From an uncultured Chloroflexia bacterium (lineage in GTDB: Bacteria; Chloroflexota; Limnocylindria; Limnocylindrales; CSP1-4): DNA of 64,000 nucleotides. The notes under the pieces were generated by a model. The model worked only from the letters and a program-made list of their open reading frames with translations, was not told the origin of the DNA and did not search any database. Where the stretch lies: contig CAWIOR010000014.1 of NCBI GenBank assembly GCA_963837825.1, forward strand, positions 242,864 to 306,863. Direction: 5' to 3'. Each line of letters opens with the position of its first letter. The stretch's first letter is position 1. The translations under genes were made by a program, and so were the position numbers. Positions 43,187 to 54,530 of the stretch are shown piece by piece.

Positions 43187-46038
43187 TCAGCCGATGAACA
43201 GCGGCATCTGCTCTCCGCCGCGGTGCTCGATCGCCGGATCGATGCCGACATACGGTTCGAGATCGGCCAGGGTGAGCACATCCCGGGCGGCGTAGGCGCG
43301 CAGGTGGTTCGACTTGAGGACGTGCCAGTTGCCCGCCTCCATGGCCGCCCGGAGCAGGGGCGACCGTTCGAGCTTGTAGCGCAGCAGCTCCGTCCGCTCC
43401 GGCGCCACCACCAGGAACCGGACGATGTCGTCGGCCGACGGGATGAGGGCGCCCCGGCGGAGCAGCGGCTCGCCGAGCATCGCGGTCCATTCGACCTCGA
43501 ACAGGAAGCTGGCCCGCCCCGGACCTGCCACACCACGTCGATCTCGTCGACGTCGTCGGGGCGCGCCCGGCCGACGCGCGGGGGTCCCTGGCGACGCTCG
43601 CCCTCGTCGAGCCAGTCGGCCAGGTGCCGACCGCGCAGCCGGCGGACCTGCTCGCGGCTGGCGATCCAGGCCCGCATCCCGAGCCGGTGGCCGATGTCGA
43701 CCAGGTCCGCCACGATCTCGCTGTGCTCGTGCGAGCGGCGCAGCAGCTCATCCGAGGTGACGATCCGGTCGGGTGTGCTGGCAAGGCTCCGGTAGCTGTC
43801 CAGGCAGGCCGCGACGAGCGCCTCGTCGGGCAGGTCGTGCCCGGTGAACAGGGCGGCGATCCGCTCGTTGAACGCCGCCTCCGACAGGCGGCCGGCCGTC
43901 GAGAGGAGGCTGTAGACGGCCCACTCCACCCGGTCCGCGAGGGGCAGCGCGGCGGCCGCGATGTCGGCCGGGTCGCTCAGCCACCAGCGGCCGGGCTCGA
44001 TCTCCTCGAGCCGCCGGTGGGTCGGTCGCCCGAGCTCGTCCCGGATGATCCCGAGGAGGCGCTCGACCTGGTCGCCGGCGACCACGGCGGCGGGCTCGCG
44101 TTCCGGCCGGCGCGCCGGTTCCGGTCGGGCCGGTGAGGTGGTCCGCCGGTCGTCGGGCCGGGCAGGCTCGGGCTCGCCAGCGTCGGCCCCGGCGCCCGAC
44201 GGGCCGTCGTCCCGCCCTCGGGTCGACGGGTCGGCCTCGCCGCCGTCGGTCGGGTGGTCGTCGCCGGGCCAGGCCTCGACCAGCTCGGCCAGGTCGCCGT
44301 CGTCGGCGCGGTCGGCCGGACCGCCCCGCGACGCGACGAGCCGCCGGAGCTGCCCGGCCCGGTCGAGCCCGACCAGGATCTCACCGAGGAGGCGCTCGTA
44401 GCGGGCGGGCTCGCCGCGCGCCTGGAGGATCTCGACGGTCGTCTCGGTCACCGTGCGCGCGACGTCCGCCTCGGACGAGCGGACGCGGTCGAACCGCTCG
44501 GGCGGCGCGAACAGGCCCCGCCCCGGCGCCGTCTCCGGGTCCCCGGCGCCGCCGGGGACGTGCGGCAGGACGACGTTCGCCCGGGTCCGGGGACCGATCG
44601 GCACCGGCGCCCCGGGCGGCACGAACTCGACCGTTCCGCCGGTGTCCTCGCCGGGCTCGGCGAGCCGGGCGCCGACCAGCCGGTACCCGGCGGCGACGCC
44701 GCCCAGGGCGGCCGCCACGAGACCCTCGGGGCCCCCGGGCTCGAGGATGAGGATCGCCCGACCATCGCGCGCGAGGAGCGGAGCGGCCGCGTCGAACGCC
44801 CTGCGGATCGCCGCTGACTGCCAGCCCCACGGGGCTCGACCCGAGCCCCGAACACGGCCTCCAGCGGGAGGAGCGCGGCCGCGTCGCGGCCGAGGACCCA
44901 GCCGGTCGCGAAGTAGGCGTACGACAGCCGTTCGACGTTCGGCCGCTGGGGCGGCTGGCCGAGGACGAGCCTGACCCGGGGCCGGTTCGGCAGCCTGGCC
45001 AGCGCGTCCGCCTCGGCCTCGAGCGAACGGAACGACGACGGCGTCCCGAGCCGGACGACGACGTTGGCCATCCCCTCGGTCAGGCTCTGGAGGTCCTCGC
45101 CGAAGCGGGCGGTCATCAGCCCGAGCGGGGCCCCCTCCAGGCGCTGGACGAAGCCGCGGACGAGACGGAAGCCGTCCTCGAAGGCGAGCCACGGGATTGC
45201 GCTCGCGCCACTGGCCGCCGGCCGGGAGGCGGATCCGGCCGCTGCTGATCCGGAGGTTGGCGATCCGGCCCGGGTAGCCGTTGAGCCGCGAGGCCGGGAG
45301 CAGGGCGTGGAGGAGCGCCAGGCGCATCGCCGCCTCGACCGGAGCCGAGCGGAGGTCACCCTCGATCCGCTCGAGGATGGCGTGCAGCCCGACGAGCTGG
45401 CGCGGCGAGTGCAGGTCGAGCAGCTGCTCGACCAGGGCATCCTCCCCGTCGACGGTCGGGAACCGGTCGCGGACCGCTCGCCAGGCCGGGCCACGCGGAT
45501 CGGTCGCCGCGATCCGGGCCAGGTCGGCGTCGTCGATCGAGCCGTGACGCTGGTCGCCGCCGCCGACCTGGTCGCGACAGACGGTGCAGCGGTAGTGCTT
45601 GTGGACCGGCCGCGGTCCCGCGTCGGGCACGGCCTCCCAGACGATCTCGTCGAGGACGACGCTCCGGCCGCAGGTCCCGCAGCGGCTGGCGTACTTCTCA
45701 CCGAGCCAGACCTTGAGCGCCGACTGCTCGCGCGGTGCGGCGGCGATCGCCTGGAATGCCGCGTCGAGGTGACGAACGTCCGGCGGCCGCAGGACGACCT
45801 CGGCCAGCAGGCGGGTCAGCGGGCTCGTCTCGAGGGACGCGGCCCGGCGCTGGCGGTCGACGGCGGCGCGGGCGACCCAGCCGCCTCGACCGTGGAGGTC
45901 GATGACGACGTCGCCGAGGCTCGAGTGCGCCTCGATCCGGGCGGCCACCAGCTCGGGCGGCGGCGGCGGCGCGAGGCGGGCGAACGCCGGGAGCGAGAAG
46001 CCCGGCTCGCTCCGGATCGGATGCTCTCGACCCGCCAT
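43187..46038 (-). CDS. DNA adenine-methyltransferase-like protein with degenerate motifs, Zn ribbon and C-terminal PD-(D/E)XK-like domain (frameshifted)
   Basis: GDVVIDLHGRGG, CGTC...CTVC, VRLVLGQPP, LARDGRAILIL; C-terminal IDVVW...FEVEWT; stitched from ORFs 41287..46161, 44448..45701 and 43187..43531. Confidence 0.7.
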
Positions 46039-46138
46039 GGGCGGCATCCTGCCACAGACCGGGCGTTCCGGCGAGTGAACACCTGCCGGCCGCCGGACGT
46101 ACCCTTGGGCGACCGCACGTCCGCCCCGGAGTCCTCGC

Positions 46139-47167
46139 GTGACCGACGCCGACCCCGTCACCCCAGCCGTCGACCGTCCTGGCCCGGCGCCAGCAGCCGA
46201 CGGCGCACGGGCGTTCCGCGCCCTGCGCGAGGCGGTCGGCGTCGCCGTCGTCGGGCGCCGAGGAGCCGCTCCGCCTCCTGGCGATCGCCCTGCTGGCCGA
46301 GGGGCACGCGCTCATCGAGGACGTGCCCGGGGTCGGCAAGACGCTGCTCGCCCGGGCGTTCGCCCGGGCGCTCGGCCTGAGCTTCGGCCGGATCCAGGGG
46401 ACGCCCGACCTGCTGCCCGGCGACGTCACCGGGGCGAGCGTCCTCGACGGCACCCCCGCGGCCGGGATGAGCCTGCGCTTCGTGCCCGGTCCGGTGTTCA
46501 CCAACGTCCTCCTGGTCGACGAGATCAACCGGGCGACGCCGCGGACCCAGTCCGCCCTCCTCGAGGCGATGCAGGAGCGCCAGGTCTCGGTCGAGGGCGT
46601 GACCCGGACGCTGCCGGATCCGTTCCTCGTGCTGGCCACCCAGAACCCGATCGAGTACGAGGGCACGTTCGCCCTGCCCGAGGCCCAGCTCGACCGGTTC
46701 CTGCTCCGCCTCCGGATCGGCTATCCGGGCCCCGCCGACGAGCGACGGATCGCCGGCCGCTACGCCGCGGCGGCCGAGCCCCTGGACGGGGTCCCGATGG
46801 CCCTGCCGGCCGACCGGATCGCCGGGCTGCGGGAGGGCACCCGGATCGTCCACGTCGCCGACGAGCTGGTCGACTACCTCGTCGCGATCGTCGGCGCCAC
46901 CCGGGACCGCCCGGACGTCGAGCTCGGCGCCAGCCCGCGAGCGAGCGTCGCCCTCTATCCGCGCCGCCCAGGCCGCCGGCATACCTTGCCGGCCGCGACT
47001 TCGTCCTGCCGGACGACATCCGGGCGATCGTCCCGGCCGTGCTCGGCCACCGGTTGCGGGTCGACCTCGACAGCGCCCTCCACGGAGCGACCGCGGAGCG
47101 GATCCTGGCCGACGTCGTGGGCGGGGTCGCCGTCCCGGTCGAGCGACCCGGCGAGCGGGCCGGATGA
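46139..47167 (+). CDS. moxR: MoxR-family AAA+ ATPase (frameshifted)
   Basis: PGVGKTLL, IQGTPDLLPGDV, VDEINRATPRTQSALLEAMQE, ATQNPIEYEGTFALPEAQLDRF. Confidence 0.93.
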   Translation: MTDADPVTPAVDRPGPAPAADGARAFRALREAVGVAVVGRRGAAPPPGDRPAGRGARAHRGRARGRQDAARPGVRPGARPELRPDPGDARPAARRRHRGERPRRHPRGRDEPALRARSGVHQRPPGRRDQPGDAADPVRPPRGDAGAPGLGRGRDPDAAGSVPRAGHPEPDRVRGHVRPARGPARPVPAPPPDRLSGPRRRATDRRPLRRGGRAPGRGPDGPAGRPDRRAAGGHPDRPRRRRAGRLPRRDRRRHPGPPGRRARRQPASERRPLSAPPRPPAYLAGRDFVLPDDIRAIVPAVLGHRLRVDLDSALHGATAERILADVVGGVAVPVERPGERAG

Positions 47168-48509
47168 GCTTCCGGACCGGCCGGTCGCTGAGCGGCGACG
47201 AGGCCGAGCCGCGCGGGGAGGAAGCGGTCCCCGAGGACGACCCGAGCCTGGCGGCGGCCGTCGCGAGCCTCCGAGCTCGACCTCCGGCCGCTCCTCGGGG
47301 TCCTCCTCGTCGTGGCCGGCGGCCTGCTCGGCAGCGCGATCGTGGTGATGTTCGGGATCGTCGTCCTGGTCGTCGCCTGGTTGCGCGCTGATCTGGGCCG
47401 GGCGCGCCCTGCGTCGTCTGCGGGTCGAGCGTCGGTTCGAGCCCGACCGGGTGCTGTGCGGAGACGCGGCGCACCTCGTCGCTGAGCGCCTGGAACCGGA
47501 AGCTGCTGCCGCTGCCCTGGGTGCGGACCGAGGAGCCGCTGCCGCTCGAGCTGCGACCCGCTCGAGGGCTCCGGCGGGCGCGGCTGGACGCTCGGCGGGC
47601 GCAACCTGGTCAACGGCTGGACGCTCGGGCCGTACGAGCGGGTCACGCGTCGGATCGACCTGCGCGCCGAACGGCGCGGCACGTACCGCTTCGGTCCCCT
47701 GTCGCTCGCGGCCGGCGACCTCCTCGGCGAGTCGGTCGCCGAGGAGGAGCGCGACCTGCCGGCCACCCTGATCGTCCGGCCGCGGACCGTCGCGGTGCGC
47801 CGCTTCGAGGCGGCCCGGGACCGGGTCGGGACGCTCAGCGTGCGGCACGGCCTGGTCGAGGATCCGAGCCGGTTCGCCGGGGTCCGACCGTACGTGCCCG
47901 GGCGATCCGGTCCGCCACATCCACTGGCGGACGACGGCCCGGCTCGGGACCCCGGTGGTCAAGCGGTTCGACCCGTCACGCGATCGGGACGTCGTCGTCG
48001 CGCTCGACATCCAGACGACCGACGGGGTGTGGGTCGGCCGCCACGACGACGACCTCGTCGAGACCCTGTGCGTCGTGGCCGCCTCGCTCGCCCGGGAGCT
48101 GGAGTCGGAAGGTGCCGCCTGCGGCCTGGCCGTCGCGGCCTTCAGCGGCACGACCGAACGGCTGGCCTTCCTGGCGCCGAGCTCGGCCGAGGGCCAGTCG
48201 GGGCGGGTCGGCGACCTGCTCGCCCGGATCAGCCCGTACCCGTCGGCCCCGTTCGAGCATCTCCTCGGTCGACTGGCCCGGTTGGTCCGCCCGGGCACGC
48301 TCGTCCTCGTCGTCTCGGCCCGGGATCCGGGGCCATGGCTGGCGACCGCCCGGCGGCTCGTCCGCTCCGGCTTCGGTGTCGTCCACATGTCGATCGGACC
48401 GGCTGCCGATGGCCACGCCCGCCGATCCCGGGCGGTCGGGCTGCCGGCCCGGCCGGTCCGGCTCGACGGCGACTGGCGGACGGCGACGGCCCTCCATGTC
48501 GCGGGCTGA
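47164..48509 (+). CDS. DUF58 domain protein (frameshifted)
   Basis: RRGTYRFGP, FAGVRPYVPG, HWRTTAR, VKRFD...VVVALD. Confidence 0.85.
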
Positions 48510-49891
48510 CGCTCGCCTACCCGGTCGCCGTCGGCCTGGCCGAGGGCGGCTGGGTGGCGGTCCTCTACCTGCTCGTCGACGCGGTCGCCCGGGTCCACGC
48601 CCCGCTCGGCCTGCCCGTCTTCGCCGTCGTGGCGGGCGCCACCTGCTGTCCTGGCGGACCGGCTCGACCGGCTGTCCACGTCGCGTCTCGCGGTCATCGT
48701 CGGGCTGCTCGTCGGCGGTGGGCTGGTCGGGCTGGCCCTGACGGCCGGCCGACTGATCGCCGCCGGCGCCATCGATCCGGGCGCGGTCCTGGCCGACGAC
48801 CCCGGGGCGGCGCTCATCGGCCTGGCCGCGTTGCGCGGGTTCATCCGGGCGGCGCGATCCGGGACCCGGCCGAGGCCGCCCGGCCGCTCTTCGCGGGGCT
48901 GATCGGCCTGTCCGTCGCGTGGGTCTTCGGCGGGCGCGCTCAGCGAACCGATGCGATCGGCCTTCCGCGCCGGCGCGGTCGTCCCGACCCTCGGCTTCGT
49001 GGTCGGCGGGTCGACCGCCGCGGGCCTGGCCCGGTCGGCCCTGGCCGCCTCGGACGCCGGGTTCGACCCGCGGGCGAACCGGTCGTGGCTGGTGGTCCTG
49101 GTCGGGTCAGCCGCCGCCCTGGGGCTGGCGGCCTGCCGATCGGGTCGGCGTCGAGCGGGTCATGGCCGCGCTCATCGCCTGGCCGCTGACGCGTGCCGCT
49201 CCTGGTCGTCGTCGGCGTTCGTCGCCCGGATCGTCGTCCCGTCGCGCAAGGGCGTCCTCCGTCGGACCGGGGCGTTCACCGTCGGCCCGCTCCTGGTCCT
49301 GGCTCGGGCTGGCGCTCCTGGCGGCCCTCCTGCCCCAGCGCGGGGCGGGTCCCCAGGCCGAGCAGCCGGCCGGACCCGGCGGGGCGGCGAGCGAGCCGAC
49401 CACGCCGGTCTTCGACGCGATCCTCGCCCTGGCCGCGATCGCCGTGGTCGTCGCGGTCCTGCTGTTCCTGGCGCGGGCATGGCGGCGGAACCTGGGCGCC
49501 GCCGGAGCGGCCGAGCGGCGCGCGAGCGGCACGACCGGCGCCGTCGGCTCGACGGAGACCGACGAGGAGGGCCGCCGCGGGCTCCGCGCGCGCCTGCGAC
49601 GGCTCGTTCGGCGCGGTCGGCCGACGGACGCGGTCGCGGCGTACCTGGCGGCCCTCCGTGCGCTGCAGCCGGACGACGAGCTCCGACGCGATCCGGCCGA
49701 GACGCCGGCCGCCCATGCGCGGCGCCTCCGCCAGGCCGGCGCCGGCACGCTCGAGCTCGATCTCCTGGCCGCCGACTTCGAGCTGGCGCGGTGGGGTGGC
49801 CGACGGTTGTCGCGATGCGGAGGATCGCCGGGCGGTCGGCCGCTGGGAGCGGTTCCGGGAGCGCGCGGCAAGCCGACCGGCGGACGGCTAG
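48496..49891 (+). CDS. Multi-pass membrane protein with C-terminal DUF4129-like domain (frameshifted)
   Basis: Many hydrophobic segments; RRDPAETPAAHARRL...FELARWG; third gene of the MoxR operon. Confidence 0.7.
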
Positions 49892-49903
49892 CCTGGGGCG
49901 AGC

Positions 49904-50176
49904 GTGCCCGACGAGGCGGGCGTCCCGGCCGACCCGGTCCTCAAGCGCCCGTACTTCGGGTGGCACCGCTTCGAGTGGCCGGACGACGACTCGGTCGAGT
50001 TCCACCTGACCCACGGCGACTGGATCCGGATCCTGCGGGCGAACGGCTTCGAGATCGAGGACCTGATCGAGATCCAGGCGCCCGAGGGTGCCACGATCCG
50101 GGCCGACTACGTCAGCGCGGACCGGGCCCGACGCTGGCCGAGCGAGGAGATCTGGAAGGCCCGCAAGCGGGGGTGA
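49904..50176 (+). pseudogene. C-terminal fragment of a class I SAM-dependent methyltransferase
   Basis: RPYFGWHRFEWPDDDSVEFHLTHGDWIRILRANGFEIEDLIE...RRWPSEEIWKARK; no upstream SAM-binding GxG motif. Confidence 0.6.
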
Positions 50177-50200
50177 GGGCGGCCATCATGGATCCGCTTG

Positions 50201-50358
50201 GTGCGTGGCACGCGCCAACGGGAGGTCGGAGCCCACCCCGGTGACCGATCTGTGCACCGGACGCTCTGTCTGACGGTCGGTGGCGCCGGTTCGTGCGCAG
50301 TGCGCACGGATGAGCAAGCCGGGCCGGTCCCCTTCTCTCGTTGGTGCGTACGGCGCAC
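50201..50358. repeat. GTGCG-N5-CGCAC palindrome array (4 copies)
   Basis: Starts 50201, 50252, 50293, 50344 (spacings 51, 41, 51); the last two are perfect. Confidence 0.65.
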
Positions 50359-50483
50359 GACCCGCCCGGACGAGCCGCCGATCGTGCGGGAGCAGCGGCC
50401 GTCGGTCGGCGTCAGCGCCAGGCCGCGGATCCGGAGCAGCCGCGGATCCGGAGCAGCGGCGGCCGGCCGGCGCCGGACCGAGC

Positions 50484-51341
50484 CTACGGCTCGTCGAGCT
50501 CGTCGGGCTCCTCGACGAACGCCTCGTCGGTCGTGACGTCGGCCGGCAGGACCCGATCGAGGTCCTCGATCTCCTCGTCCTCCTCGTCGTCCTCGAGGTC
50601 CTCCTCGAGGTCCATCTCCTCGCGGACGAGGGTGCCCTTCGTGTACGGCCGCAGGTCGGTCGACTTGGCCGCCGTCGGGAAGCTCACCTTGCCGTAGTTG
50701 CGCGGGTCCTGGTAGACCTCGCGGATGATGATCCGGACGTCCTTGTCGCCGAGCGAGGTCACGCCGGCGAAGTACTTGTTCCCGTCGGCCATGAGCTTGA
50801 GCAGGCGGGCGGCCACCCGCGGCTCGACGACCCCGATCCGCATCCCGTTGCTGATCGCGATGAGCCGGTTGCCCTCCGGGGTCAGCTCGACCGCGTCGCC
50901 CGGGTTGACCTGGGCCAGCTTGCGCGGGTCGGGCAGGTCGGTCAGGAAGGCGAAGCCGGTCTTGCCGGTCTCCTCGACGAAGATCGAGACGGGCGCCTTG
51001 CTGCCGGACTGGGCCGCGACCGTCTTCTCGCCGGCGTCGACGAGCAGGACGCGCAGCCGGTCGATGTTCCGCTCGGCGATCCGGTTGGTCGGGTCGAGGG
51101 CGAGGGCGGTCTGGTAGTGCTCACGGGCGAGCGCCAGCTCGCCGAGCTCCCAGTGGGCCTTGGCGAGGCGGTTCTCCGCCTCGGCATCGGGGCCCATCTC
51201 GAGGATCTTGCGGTTCGTCTCGGCCGCGTCGGCCCATTCGGCGGCGGACGCGTGGGCGATCGCCTGGTCGACGAGCCCGCGCTTGAGGCGGACGGAGCTC
51301 GCGGCGGTGGCGGCCTGGTTCTCGAGGTCCTGGAAGGTCAC
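50484..51341 (-). CDS. TPR protein with HIRAN-like domain and acidic tail
   Basis: AENRLAKAHWELG...ALALDPTNRIA TPRs; GDAVEL...IGVVEPRVAARLLKLM; D/E-rich C-terminus. Confidence 0.75.
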   Translation of the reverse strand: MTFQDLENQAATAASSVRLKRGLVDQAIAHASAAEWADAAETNRKILEMGPDAEAENRLAKAHWELGELALAREHYQTALALDPTNRIAERNIDRLRVLLVDAGEKTVAAQSGSKAPVSIFVEETGKTGFAFLTDLPDPRKLAQVNPGDAVELTPEGNRLIAISNGMRIGVVEPRVAARLLKLMADGNKYFAGVTSLGDKDVRIIIREVYQDPRNYGKVSFPTAAKSTDLRPYTKGTLVREEMDLEEDLEDDEEDEEIEDLDRVLPADVTTDEAFVEEPDELDEP

Positions 51342-51512
51342 GGGCGGGATCGTCCTTTCACGGCGCCACGGGCGGGCGCGGTCGGTGTCGGTCGGTGGCG
51401 GCGAGCGGAGCCCGCGCGGGGCCGCGGCGCCACATCAGGGGGCAATGGTTTGTAGCACCATCCGGCGGTCCCGTCAACGCGGGCGACCCCGCCGCCGGGC
51501 GGCCGACCGACC

Positions 51513-52328
51513 TCAGCCGCGCAGGGCGAGGTTCCCGACGATGACGGCGACCCCAGGACGACCAGCAGCGCGGTCTGCCAGATCCAGCGCGGGTCGCGGC
51601 GCTGGGCCGGCGGGGCGCCGTGGACGCCGTCCCAGACGAAGAACACGAGGGCGAGCAGGGCCGGCGCGAGGAGCCGCGGCAGGGCGACCGCCCGGACCGC
51701 CGCGGCCGCGATCGCGACGACCGCGGCGTAGGTCGCCGCCGACCACAGCGCGTCGCGGAGCGAGCGCTCGCGCAGGACCGACACCCGGAAGCCGAGCAGA
51801 CCGGCGACCAGGGCGTCGGCCAGGGCGAGCAGCAGCAGCGCCTGCTCGTCGAGCGGGACGGGCTCCGGAGCGGACGGGCTCGGTGCCGGCTCGACGAGTC
51901 CGCCCTGGATGAACGTGGCGATCCCGACGAACGCCAGGAAGGCGATGACGATCGCGTAGCCGAGGGCGGTCGTGCGGTCGTCGGGGCTCGTCTCGGGGTC
52001 GCTGCCGGCGATCCGAGCCTCGAACGCCAGCGTCCGGTCGATGAGGATCCACGACGGCCACCAGGGCCGGGACGAGAAGGATCCCGAGCGGCACGACCCG
52101 GATCGCCCCGAGCGCTGCGGCCGCGGCCAGGGCCGGCATGATCACCGCCTCGACCGGCGCGTCGCGGGCCCGACCGTCGGCCACGAACGCCGCGGCACCC
52201 AGCGCGACCGCCACGGCGAGGAGGCCCGCCGCCAGCCAGACGAGCGGGCCGTCGAGCAGGCGCGACGGCCCGATGACCGCGATCGCCAGGATGACGAGCT
52301 CGCGCCGCTGGGCGCGCCGGTGGTCCAT
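51513..52328 (-). CDS. Hypothetical multi-pass membrane protein (frameshifted)
   Basis: Hydrophobic segments in ORFs 51513..52328 and 51338..51784; TACCAT 7 nt before ATG. Confidence 0.6.
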   Translation of the reverse strand: MDHRRAQRRELVILAIAVIGPSRLLDGPLVWLAAGLLAVAVALGAAAFVADGRARDAPVEAVIMPALAAAAALGAIRVVPLGILLVPALVAVVDPHRPDAGVRGSDRRQRPRDEPRRPHDRPRLRDRHRLPGVRRDRHVHPGRTRRAGTEPVRSGARPARRAGAAAARPGRRPGRRSARLPGVGPARALAPRRAVVGGDLRRGRRDRGRGGPGGRPAAAPRAGPARPRVLRLGRRPRRPAGPAPRPALDLADRAAGRPGVAVIVGNLALRG

Positions 52329-52441
52329 CCCGCCGATGGTACGCGACCGCCTCAGCCCGCAGGCGTCGGCTGGTGGTCCGACCGGGCGGTCGAGGCCGCT
52401 CGCCGCCGCCTCTGACTCGGGCTCGGGCGGCGATCACCGGC

Positions 52442-52574
52442 GTTGCCTGCGAGGCAACCGATCGGCCGAGCAGTCGACCCAGCGCACCCGATTTGTTGCC
52501 GCAACCACAACATCGCCGCCACGCCCGTGGCCCGCTCCGCTCCCGCGTCGCGGGTTCGCTGCGCGTGGGGCAAC
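52442..52574. repeat. GTTG-N9-CAAC palindrome array (3 copies)
   Basis: Starts 52442, 52495 and 52558 (GCTG variant); spacings 53, 63. Confidence 0.78.
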
Positions 52575-52640
52575 ACGACGCTGAACGTCGGGAGGATCCG
52601 GCGCCGGGCGACACGCGGCGGCCCGGCTGGCGACCCAGGC

Positions 52641-54478
52641 TCAGCCGCCGAGTCGCGCCGGCTTCGCGGCGACCCAGGCCAGGAGATCGGCTCGCGAGCG
52701 GGTGTTGAGGACGCGATCCGGTGTGACCCACGCCCGGCGGGCCTGCGGCCACGGCCCAGTCGAGGTTGTGGAACTCCTCGATCCGGTGGGCGTCGGAGTC
52801 GAGCGCCAGGAGGCAGCCGGCGGCCAGGGCGCGGCGGGCGCGCTCGTCGGACAGGTCGAGGCGGTGGTCCGAGCCGTTCATCTCGAGGACCGTGCCGGTC
52901 CGGGCGGCCTCGGCGTAGATCGCCTCCCAGTCGAGGTCGAGGTCGTCGCGGCTCTGGATCATCCGCCCGGCCGGATGGGCGATGACGTCGACATGCGGGC
53001 TTCGGATCGCGCTCAGGACGCGGGCCGTCAGCTGGGCCCGCGGCTGGCGCCGGCCGACGTGGAGCGAGGCGACGACGAGGTCGAACCGGGCGAGCAGCTC
53101 GTCCTCGTAGTCGAGCCGGCCGTCGGCCCGGATCTCCAGCTCGCAGCCGTGGAGCAGGCGGAAGCCCTCGGCGGGCGTCGCCTCCGGAGCGCGGCCGGCC
53201 GCCTCCTCGGCCGCGAACCGAGCGTTCAGCCCCGCGACGACCGCCCGCTGCAGCTCCACCCGATCCGGCGTCAGGCCCCGCGCGATCGCCAGCGACTGGC
53301 TGTGGTCGGTCAGGACCTGGTAGGCGTGGCCGCGGGCCCGGGCCGTCTCCGCCATCAGCTCGATCGAGTGGACGCCGTCGGACCAGTCCGAGTGGGAGTG
53401 GAGGTCGCCCCGCAGGTCGGCCAGCTCGACCAGGTCGGGGAGCGTCCCGGCCGCGGCCGCCTCGACCTCGCCGCGATCCTCGCGCAGCTCGGGCTCGACG
53501 AAGTCGAGATCGAGGAAGCGGTACGCCTCGGTCTCGGTCGGGAACGTCCGCAGCTCGGCCGCGTCGCCGGTCAGCGGCTCGCCGTCGTCGCCGATCCGCA
53601 GGAAGCCGTTCTCGGACAGGCTCCAGCCGCGATCGCGGGCGCGGCCGCGCAGCTGGACGTTGTGGTCCTTCGAGCCGGTGAAGTGGATGAGGTACGTGCC
53701 GGCCGTCCCGGGCGGCATGATCATCAGGTCGACCTGGGGCCCGCGCAGGAGCCGGACGGCCGCCTTGTGCGGCCCGGAGACGAGGACGCGGTCGACCGAG
53801 GCGAGCCCGGTGAACCGCTCGACGAGGGCGGTCGGGTCGGTCGTCTCGGCCAGCAGGTCGAGGTCGCCGATCGTCTCGCGCCGCCGCCGGATACGAGCCC
53901 GCTGCGGTGATCGCCACGACGCCCGGGTGTGTCGCGCAGCTCGGCGATCAGCGTGTCGACGAGGGCCTCGGCGGTGCCCAGGAGCATCCGCGACTCGCGC
54001 GCCTCGAGGGCGGCGATCCCGTCCAGGATCGACTGCTCGGTCTTCTCGGACAGGCCGCTGGATCGTCCGCAAGCCGGCCCGCCTCGGCCGCCTGGCGGAG
54101 GTCCTCGAGGGTCTCGATCCCGAGCGTCTCGTGGAGGATCTTGACCGTCCGCGGGCCGACGCCGGGGACCCGGAGCAGCTCGACCAGGCTCGGCGGCACC
54201 TCGGCCACCAGGCGGTCGTAGAAGGCGAGGCGACCGGTCCGCGCCAGCTCGTCGATCTTGTCGCCGATCGCCTGGCCGACACCGGGGATCTTCGGGTGCC
54301 GGCCGGCGCGGTAGGCCGGCACGAGCTCGATCGGGCTGTGGGCGATCGCGTCGGCCGCCCGGTGGTAGGCGACCGTCTTGAACACGAGCTCGCCCTTGAC
54401 CTCGAGCATGTCGCCGATGTCGTGGAAGATCCGGGCCAGCTCGCCGTTCGTCAGGAGCGGGGCGTCCTCGGTCGTCAT
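52641..54478 (-). CDS. polX: DNA polymerase X / PHP 3'-5' exonuclease (frameshifted)
   Basis: HhH IPGVG and VPGVGP, RRRETIGDLDLL, VDL, HFTGSKDHN, PELRED; PHP DLHSHSDWSDG, TDHS, AHP, DSDAH. Confidence 0.93.
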
Positions 54479-54530
54479 CGGGTCCGATGGTATCGGGGTG
54501 GCGGGGCTCCGGCCGACCCCGGCGCGATCG

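Noticed and set aside
38199-46161. Apparent giant fusions (ORFs 38199..40817 and 41287..46161; likewise 10702..13281, 19198..21030, 60500..63598)
   Set aside because: Read-through artefacts joining one real coding segment to off-frame sequence.
50421-50460. 17-bp duplication gccgcggatccggagca
   Set aside because: Two copies only; likely slippage, no evident function.
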